Positions 56,234 through 64,000 of a stretch of DNA of 64,000 bases are shown here, piece by piece. The stretch is taken from NCBI GenBank assembly GCA_015680685.1, contig MNCI01000693.1, forward strand, positions 14,756 through 78,755, given 5' to 3'. Each line of letters begins with the position of its first letter. Position 1 is the first letter of the stretch. This DNA is from Gnetum montanum (Eukaryota; Plantae; Gnetophyta). The notes under the pieces are model-generated. The model was given only the letters and a program-made list of their open reading frames with translations, was not told the DNA's origin and did no database searches. The translations under genes were made by a program, and so were the position numbers.

Positions 56234-59070
56234 ATGGCACCAAAGAGGGGATCACAGGAAGAAGAACTATCTCAACCAAGGGAGTAGCAAATGAGAGGAG
56301 GAAGGGGCTAGCAACCATAATAGCCCCAAGAAGGAGAAGTTGAAACACATGTAATGGGACCTCTTCGAGAGGAGCCTAAGGTGAAATCTATCCATTAGAT
56401 TCCCATAGTAGAAATAGGATAGTTCAAGCATGATGAGGTGTAAAGTACTAGGCCACATTTGGAGGTCACATTGATTGAGGGTTTCCTTGAACAAATCCTC
56501 AAGGAGGTCTAGAGTTTAGTACTTCAAGAACTTAACTTTGGTCCCTTCTTGGACATAGCACTAGAGGAGGTCAAAACTCAACTATAGGGGTCCCCTATGT
56601 GGCCCGTTCTCACTTCTAATGGGGAGTGGCAAATGAGGGAAAATATATATTTTGGAACAACTGATAGGTAGAAGTCATAGTTAAGATTAAGGACATTAAC
56701 ATGTTTTATATGGTTGAGCCCATTGCTGATGCACTTGGATTACTTAACATTAAGGCAAAAATGGTAGAGATTCCTACATAAGTGAACCTAGAGGCCAAAA
56801 AGGAGTGGGTCCAATGGTGCTATGGGGTGGACCGTAAGGAGTACAATGCACTCACCAAGGTGGAGACAGCCTCTTTCAAGATCATGGCCTACCACTTGAA
56901 TCCAATGGTGAGGCCTAGCAAAGTCACTGCCTTCTCCACCCATGCATGCACCACTCTAAGTGACAAATTTCCAATCAACCTCCCTCAACTCATCTTCCTG
57001 GAGATTGAGAAGATCTTTAAAGAAAAAAAGCAAGGGAAAAAGACACACCCCTTCTCATGTCTAATTAGAAAACTTTGCAAAAGGGGAGGCATAGCTTGTT
57101 ACACAAATGATACACTTTGTCATACTCCTACCACTTCCTAGTAGAAGATGATGAAGGACAAAGTAGCTACTAAGATGCTACCAGAGGAGCAAGCATCACC
57201 ACCCATGGAAGAGACAATGTCAAAGGCTCATATCACTATTAAGTGCATGAGGAAACTATGCAAATATTTGATGCAGTAGCAACAAGGCCAGGCAAGTGAT
57301 GGAGAACCATTGGTCTATCGGCTAGTGTTGAACCATTTTAATGAAGTTATAAGGATCATAAGCTAGCTAGAAGAGACCATCCCATTGTTTTTAACCCAAA
57401 GAATGTAGGGGACCATGAGAAAAAATATGAGCATCCAAGAGGTTACAATGTTCATTCCTAGGTAACAAGAGTTTCTAGAAATTTCTAGGAACATTGCAAC
57501 CTTCTCAGTGTACCGGTAGGAGGGTGAGGGGGCTACCATCTTGGTGATGTAACACTATGGGTAAGAAATAGTGTTGAAGGTGGTGGTCGATAGAGTGGCT
57601 AAGCACTCAACACTCCTATGATAGTCATGCTAGATACTGTTGTACTTAAGGATGTACAAGCTTTCATAGGAGTAGGGAGTGGGAAGCTTAGCATAGCCCA
57701 ACACAATGAAGTGTTAGATTAACTGGTAGAAACTTGGAAATTACTTCTAAAGATATTTCATCTCTTAGAAGAAATCACTACAACCTAGTTAAAGCTACTA
57801 AAAACCAAAGGCATGCTCATCATTGCAAATGCCCAATTGGAGGTAGCCACTACTGAAAACCATCAATTGGCTATCGACGTTATAAAATTGAGAGCTCAAC
57901 TAGTCAATCCCACCATTTGTAGCTAAGCTATCACATGAGATGAAGGTTTCTTGCAGCTTTAGAATCAACTAAAAGAGGTTGAGAATGCCAAAGATAAGGT
58001 GGTCTTTGATATGTTCTTATCGAAAGCTCTTGCTACCCACATCAATAAGGACTTGGTGCAAGTCTGTAACAAGAACTTGACCTTGAACAAAGATATTCAT
58101 TTCTTGTGCAATGTTGAGAACCAAAAATACGAAATTTTTGAATTTGTGAGATAACAATAGGAGCAACTCACCAAGGTGAACATAGATTTGAGGAGGTTGG
58201 TAGTAGAGAACAAGAATTTTGTCAATGAAGTCTAGACACTTTGCCAAAAAATGATCATTGAGATAGCTGCCTGGAAAAATAAGGCCCTAAAATTTGAATG
58301 AGTTAAAAATCATTATAGGGACTAGGTAGGACTCCTCAAGGAGGTAAATGAAAAAGAGATTCAACTGGGTAAGGTGAAGATTAATGAGGCCCTGTAGTAG
58401 CTCCAACAAAGAGGTGATGTATGGCAGCTAATTTTTGACAACTTGAATACTTACAACAAAGCATAGATATGCCTAAAGGAGTTATAGATCAAGGAAATGA
58501 CAAAATATTTGGAGCTCATCAACCTTTCTTATTCCAACTTAGCGATGCTGATAGTTAGTAGGCTAAGGTTGGAATTGGATAAGCATGTGACCAACTCGTA
58601 CCTTCTCTATGAGGCCAAGTTCAAGCACCACAAGGATACTAAATAGAAGCTAGAACTAGATAATGTTGAGCTTGAACTTCTTAGAAGTTGATTCACAAAT
58701 CAACGGTTAGTTGTTGAGAACCTAGCCAGAAGAATTAATGACTACCATTAGTTACAAAACCTTGTATAGACATTCAATGTTGAACTTAAATAATTCATAG
58801 CATGTTTTGTCAACATGAAGGAGCTATTTCCCACAATTCCTTGTCCTTGGGACATCCCCTTACCAAACTATATTGGTGAAGCCACATGGACTATGTACAA
58901 CCCATGGAGTAAGGAGGAGAAGATGAAAGCATTACTGGATGCTTTTCATCTTTCATTGGAAGTAGCTACTGCAGTAGGAAAACCTTAGCCTTAGCATCAA
59001 CTACGATAGCCATGTGCACTGAAGCCTAGTGAAGGTCCTTCAGCATCCTAGAGCCTCCACCTCCTAGCAC
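56234..59070 (+). pseudogene. Element D 3' extra ORF (~940 codons): Athila-ORF/Transposase_32-like domain plus long coiled coil
   Basis: FPINLPQLIFLEI...HPFSCLIRKLCKRGG, then a Glu/Lys/Leu heptad-like region, then C-terminal FPTIPCPWDIPLPNYIG...YNPW. The domain name is by motif recall. Confidence 0.72.
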
Positions 59071-60466
59071 TATTTGATCTTCTCTTCTTCTTTGGCAAGT
59101 AGAGGATCTTGGTTATTCATTTTTGTAAGGGTGTCTAATTTGTTATCCAAGACATCCATTTTTGTAATTCTATATAATTTGCTACTCAAAGTTAGTTAAT
59201 TAAAGTCTATCAGTTAATAATTTCATACCTTTCCAATTTTGTAAGAAGCTCGATCATATTTTTGTTCACTTTAGTATGAGTTTTCACTTAGTCGTGGGGG
59301 TATGATGAATTGTTCAACTCACTATATCACTGTAGCCTTATTGATGATGTAGCCTTGTCGATGCATGATTTGATGCGTCAATGTAGATGCATTGATGTAG
59401 TGTCTAGTCTTACCTATATAAATGCTCATACCCACAACATTTATGGCATGTTAAGTTAATAGTGTTGCAAAGTTCTTGTAGTTTTGTTTTTCTAGAGTTA
59501 GAATATTTACTAAGTACCTATAGTAGGACTTCAAGGATTGTACAGATCTTTATTCAAGCATCAATGTACCTAAACACTTTGATGTGCCAATAATAAAGAC
59601 AAGATTCTTGAAATTCCTTGTAGCACTTAAGAATAGATTAATGTTTTCTTTCTTGCACTTTATTACTTATGCATTTTATATTCATGTCCTTAGTTAATTA
59701 ATACATTTAATAATAATGCATAAGTATGACCACCTTGAACATAGTGTTGATGCTTGGTAATCCCAGCGGTGTTATCACTTGGTTCATCCAGCCCAACACT
59801 TGGTAACCCAATAGCGTTTATAATAAGTTTAGCATATGCATGGAAGATGGGCCACGATGCTTATATTGGGATAGTTAGCTTAAGGCATTAAATAGCTAGT
59901 TAGTTAATTTACAATTAATTACTTCTGTTTCACACTTAGATTAAATGAAATAAAATATAAAATATCAATAAAAATCATGTGCCTTGGCTTACACTTAACC
60001 ATACACTTGAACTCATGGAAGTAAAGCCAAGAAGACAACAATCACGTTTCTAAGTCATTATCTTTGCTCATTGGTGCATTTAGGGGCTAAGTCCATGGAA
60101 TTTGACTGAATCGCTAGTGCAACACTTATGATTGGTATGGTTAGGTGTAGGGACTACTTGCTACTCATCACATTTGTAAGAGATATGTTCATGCTTGTGA
60201 GAGAAGGGAAGATGAGGATCTAATGGAACAGGAGATTTAGTAAAAGACTTTGTTTATACAAAAAAAAATTTTAGACATTGTGGCAAAGGTGGAGAAAATA
60301 TGAGATTTTTTTAATGAAAAAATTATAAATATATTCAAAATAGTTAAGGAGAAAATAAACTAAACCATTGCATGAGTCAAGGATAAAAAGAAGAAAAAGA
60401 AAATAGGAAAGGACATATACATGAAAAAAGGAAAAGATACTACTATGGAGGAGCTTGTTGACTTAG

Positions 60467-61505
60467 TGATGAGACGCGACTTGCATGTGCCGCGATATCG
60501 CGTCTTCTCTTGCGATATCGCGTACGCGATATCGCATCCCGCTGCCATATCTATAAATAAGAGGTGGCACTCCCTTCATTTCCCAATCCTGGCTAGTGTA
60601 GCGAAGCTCTGGCAGATTGATCACTCCAGAGTTAGAATTTTTCCCCATGTGCCCGCAGTAGGAGTCCTAGAGTGAACGGCTCTTTATTCGAGCAGCTTGT
60701 AACCTGAACCCAAGTTGTGTACGGCAATAAAGACGAACTTGTTTGGATAAACCTTGCAGCACGTGGTTTCATTTATTGCTTTATTTCCTGCTTTCCTAGT
60801 GCGTTCAAGTACGACTTGATTACGAGCGTCTACGGACGTGTACGGCTAGTCAAGGAATCGGCTGCTTGACGCAATGCATGAGTACGACTCAATTACGAGC
60901 ATTGGATGCTTGGTAACCCAGTAGCGTATTCCAGGATTCTGCGCTTGGTAACTCCCGGGTCTAATGTGTACGGCTAGTTGAGGAATCGGCTGCTCATTGC
61001 TAGGCTAGATCGTGTGATAAGTACGACTTAGTTACGAGCACCCACGGGTGTGTACGGCTGGCTAAGGAATCGGCTGCTTATCACACGTAGGCTAAATAGG
61101 TGCCTCAGTACGACCACTTCGAGCACTTGCGTTACGTGTGGCGATCCCAGTAACGATTAGCGTTTGGTAAGCTGCAGTTGCATAGTTCAGGGTGTGTCCG
61201 GTAAGTGGGAACGGATGCTGACGCTAGTTAATTTAGACTTAGATCTTTAGTTAGAGTTAGCTTAGTTTCTCAACCCTTTCTCCTGGTAGCATAGAAGATA
61301 AGCCAAAAATACCAAAAAAATCACATACCTCAGACTTGCTTAACCATACACCGTGACACTTACAAGCAAGCCTGGGAAGACAACGAACGATTAACCCCAA
61401 GTGTTTCTTGTGGTGTTAAGGCATTTAGTCTGCGGAGTTCGACCGGATCGCGCGTGCACGCTCGTATTCGTATGGTTGAGTGTAGGGGTACCTCGCCACT
61501 CATCA
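60467..61505 (+). repeat. Element E 5' LTR (1039 bp)
   Basis: TGATGA...TCATCA; TATAAATA near 60552. The 3' end is nearly identical to that of LTR A. Confidence 0.9.
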
Positions 61506-61524
61506 TTGGCACCATTGCCGGGGA
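61506..61524 (+). promoter_or_regulatory. PBS, tRNA-Asp type
   Basis: TTGGCACCATTGCCGGGGA versus the canonical Athila TGGCGCCGTTGCCGGGGA. Confidence 0.85.
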
Positions 61525-61651
61525 CTAAGGGTTTTTACGCCAATTGAACATAAGGGATATCACTCACATCGTTGTGAGCCTAAAACGAACCTTAGGGTTA
61601 ATCAGTTAATTCAGAACATAAATAACGGTGAAAATTAGCACACCATTAGAA

Positions 61652-64000
61652 ATGGCTTCTTCTCATGCAATCAACTCACCTAAGGACAATACAGGAGAAA
61701 GTCAGGATCATACGCATAACCGAAATCAACCATGTCCTCAACAATCTAAAGTCACATATACTCATCCCGATGAGTATGTGCCAGATTTTACCTTTGTTTT
61801 CCATCAAGATGAGCAACTGCGGTGGAGAGACATGCAAGGTAACATCGTGTTACCCCCAGATCGATCCGCTCCCAACATGCTTTCCCGTGCTTTGGTACAG
61901 TATGGCATGCATGAGCTGCTTGCTGAATACGTTTTGGATGATTATGACACAAGGGATTATCATCCCACAAATGCCCAACGTATTCGGGATGCAAGGCAGG
62001 AGAGCCAACATTCACTATTGAAGGGCAAGGTTCCCCACGTCATTAGTGAAATAGGAGAAGAGGAACCCCTCACGATGGGTTTCTTAGAAAATGATGTTCC
62101 TCCTCCTCACTCTAGTGAAGAGGTTAGGCATCAGGGCCTTAGATCAACGATACATATTCCAGGCTCTGATCCCCGTGAGCACCAGCTGTTCACGGCAGGA
62201 ACAATCACTCGCACTAATGACGGACTCGTTGATCGTCACAACGATCGGGGCCGAAGCAGCCGAAGAGAAGGCAAGAAACATCACCATGGTGATGGATCCC
62301 CTTCTTCTTCCCCTTCATCACATCATTCACCCTCTCCTTCCACATCTGGGCGCAGCCACCATGAGCATAACGCGGAAAGTAAAGGTAGAAGAGATGAAAT
62401 GCCTCGACAAGAAGGTCGAGAGGAGTTAGGACAAGGACAAGGACGTAGGGAGAATAGGGAACCACAACGTAGACATCACAGACGTCATGAAAGAGATGAT
62501 CATGACGAACCCCTATTCGCAACCCGAAGTATGCTTGACATTAGAGAGGCAGTTAGGATTCCCACAAGGCATTTGAAAGACAGTAGGATCAAGCGTTTGG
62601 ATATAAATAATATCCCACGTTTTGAAGGGGGATACAACGCTGATCCTCAACATCATTTACAGGCATTCCACGACGCCTGTGCCTTGCAGAACATAGACAA
62701 TGAGTGGCAGAAACTCAAGTTGTTCCCAAGGACACTCACTAAAGAAGCGGAAAGCTGGTACCGGTCCTTAGAACCGGAAACCATCAGGAGGTGGAGTACG
62801 ATGCTCGAATTGTTCAACAACAAATATCAAACGTACTCCAGAGTGTCTAACTTGCGTAAGCAGATCCAAGGCTGGAAACAAGGAGCTCATGAATCCTTGG
62901 ATGCTGCCATGGCCCGTTACTACACATTGCTACATCGTTGCCCGGGCCATGGGTACGCTAAGCGGGATCAACTTCGCCACCTCGTGGATGGGCTACGAAA
63001 TGAAACGAGAAGAACTCTTGGGACTTACGCCCAAGGGAGACTCTCCCAACTAAGAGCCCATGAAGTTGAAGTATTGTTGGAACAAGTAGCGCAAGAAGAG
63101 GGTGAGCTACGGAAAAGAGAAAGTGCGGAGGAATACAACCGTGATCCCTCCCTTCGTAAGAAGGGAGTGAAATTCTGTGATGAGGAGGATGAGTCACCAC
63201 TCGAAGAGTTGGTGAACAGGAAAACTGTGCCGATCCAAAAGTTAACAACGGAGGTATCGGCTAAGGTAGACCAAATGTGGGATTCCTTAGACTCACGAAT
63301 AGAAACAGTCCTGAAAATAGTAGAAGAGTCTAAGGATGAGCAAAGTAGTGATAAAAGCAAGAACATGCGGAGAAACTTTAACCCTGCACATAACAAGGGT
63401 AAGGGAAAAATCTCTAACTCCGATGAGGCTGAAAATTCTGATTCAGACAATGACGGTGGATGTGAGGTCTGCTATTATGACCATCCTAAGGGATGTTGTC
63501 CAATCATCTCACATCTGCAGGAGTCTGGGGTGTATGCATTAAATCCAAGACTTAATCAACGGCAAACACCCAGAAGGTTACCTTATCCACAAGGTAACCC
63601 GAGGCAGTTCCACCAACCCTTGACGTATTATCCAAGTGGAACACCTCCGCAGCCCATCGAGCAACATCAGCAGTGGCAATACCCACAGTCATGGGGGATG
63701 CCACAGCCAACACATCGATACCCTTACCGGCAGCCTGATCCTTATGGTTATTATGTGCAGCAGCCAGTTTCTCCAGGTGACGCTATGAGTCACACTCCAC
63801 GCCGTCACTACTACGCTCGGGAGTACTTCAGAAGGACTCCTTCTCCTCCGGGAGACATTCCACATTCTGTCCATCCTCTAACTCCACCCGCACCTTTTCC
63901 TCAAGTAGTTCCCATAACACCTCCTGCTCCAACAATGCAAGGGGAATTACCTACCCAACCGCAGCAACGTCACGCCGCGAGATCTGTAAATATTCAGAGT
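61652..64000 (+). CDS. gag: Intact gag(-pol) ORF of element E, 783 codons, open at the window edge
   Basis: Hand-translated with no stop: MASSHAINSP... IPRFEGGYNADPQHHLQAF... KLFPRTLTKEAESWY... RCPGHG... CEVCYYDHPKGCC (CX2CX3HX4C)... Pro/Gln-rich. Confidence 0.9.
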   Translation, partial: MASSHAINSPKDNTGESQDHTHNRNQPCPQQSKVTYTHPDEYVPDFTFVFHQDEQLRWRDMQGNIVLPPDRSAPNMLSRALVQYGMHELLAEYVLDDYDTRDYHPTNAQRIRDARQESQHSLLKGKVPHVISEIGEEEPLTMGFLENDVPPPHSSEEVRHQGLRSTIHIPGSDPREHQLFTAGTITRTNDGLVDRHNDRGRSSRREGKKHHHGDGSPSSSPSSHHSPSPSTSGRSHHEHNAESKGRRDEMPRQEGREELGQGQGRRENREPQRRHHRRHERDDHDEPLFATRSMLDIREAVRIPTRHLKDSRIKRLDINNIPRFEGGYNADPQHHLQAFHDACALQNIDNEWQKLKLFPRTLTKEAESWYRSLEPETIRRWSTMLELFNNKYQTYSRVSNLRKQIQGWKQGAHESLDAAMARYYTLLHRCPGHGYAKRDQLRHLVDGLRNETRRTLGTYAQGRLSQLRAHEVEVLLEQVAQEEGELRKRESAEEYNRDPSLRKKGVKFCDEEDESPLEELVNRKTVPIQKLTTEVSAKVDQMWDSLDSRIETVLKIVEESKDEQSSDKSKNMRRNFNPAHNKGKGKISNSDEAENSDSDNDGGCEVCYYDHPKGCCPIISHLQESGVYALNPRLNQRQTPRRLPYPQGNPRQFHQPLTYYPSGTPPQPIEQHQQWQYPQSWGMPQPTHRYPYRQPDPYGYYVQQPVSPGDAMSHTPRRHYYAREYFRRTPSPPGDIPHSVHPLTPPAPFPQVVPITPPAPTMQGELPTQPQQRHAARSVNIQS

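Larger units (their letters stand above)
47204..60170 (+). mobile_element. Full-length Athila-like element D (~13 kb), decayed
   Basis: LTRs 47204-48043 and 59303-60170; PBS from 48044; PPT GTCGTGGGGGTA; gag-PR-RT-RH-IN followed by an extra ORF. TSD imperfect (GCTTT/CATTT). Confidence 0.92.
60467..64000 (+). mobile_element. Young Athila-like element E (5' part; runs off the window)
   Basis: CpG-rich LTR 60467-61505, PBS 61506-61524, intact gag. Confidence 0.93.

Noticed and set aside
60467-60560. TGATGAG LTR start as a hammerhead ribozyme (retrozyme) core
   Set aside because: No CTGATGA...GAAA core with helices; this is just the LTR terminal inverted repeat.
60805-61125. CRISPR-like repeat-spacer array
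   Set aside because: Degenerate irregular modules inside a eukaryotic LTR, with no cas genes.
61665-63874. Short track ORFs in element E
   Set aside because: Alternative-frame or antisense shadows of the intact gag ORF.

Overview
AT-rich, CpG-depleted plant nuclear DNA from a draft assembly. N gaps lie at 1408-1970, 30647-30978, 32422-32546 and 52473-52650, with single N joins at 5640, 27967 and 36658. The window is almost all retroelements. Left half (1-26.8 kb): a decayed Ty1/copia (4176-8773, 266-bp LTRs), a full-length decayed L1-type LINE with a 15-bp TSD (15762-21151), LINE/SINE/RTE scraps, a small poly(A)-tailed family sharing a 16-nt 3' end, and one uncharacterised minus-strand host gene (main exon 22712-23831). 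Right half (26.8-64 kb): a nested stack of six related Athila-like Ty3/gypsy elements (TGATGA...TCATCA LTRs, tRNA-Asp-type PBS), labelled here A-F. They range from very decayed to a young copy whose gag ORF (61652 to the window end, 783 codons) is intact but missing from the ORF track. The most notable observation is that the family's extra 3' ORF seems to have its own internal promoter, built from LTR-type palindromic boxes plus TATA, and a conserved ~300-nt 5'UTR intron ending exactly at the ATG. In addition, LTRs A, C and E each carry a different perfect 24-32-bp palindrome at the same position. All calls are from reading the sequence by eye; no searches were run.
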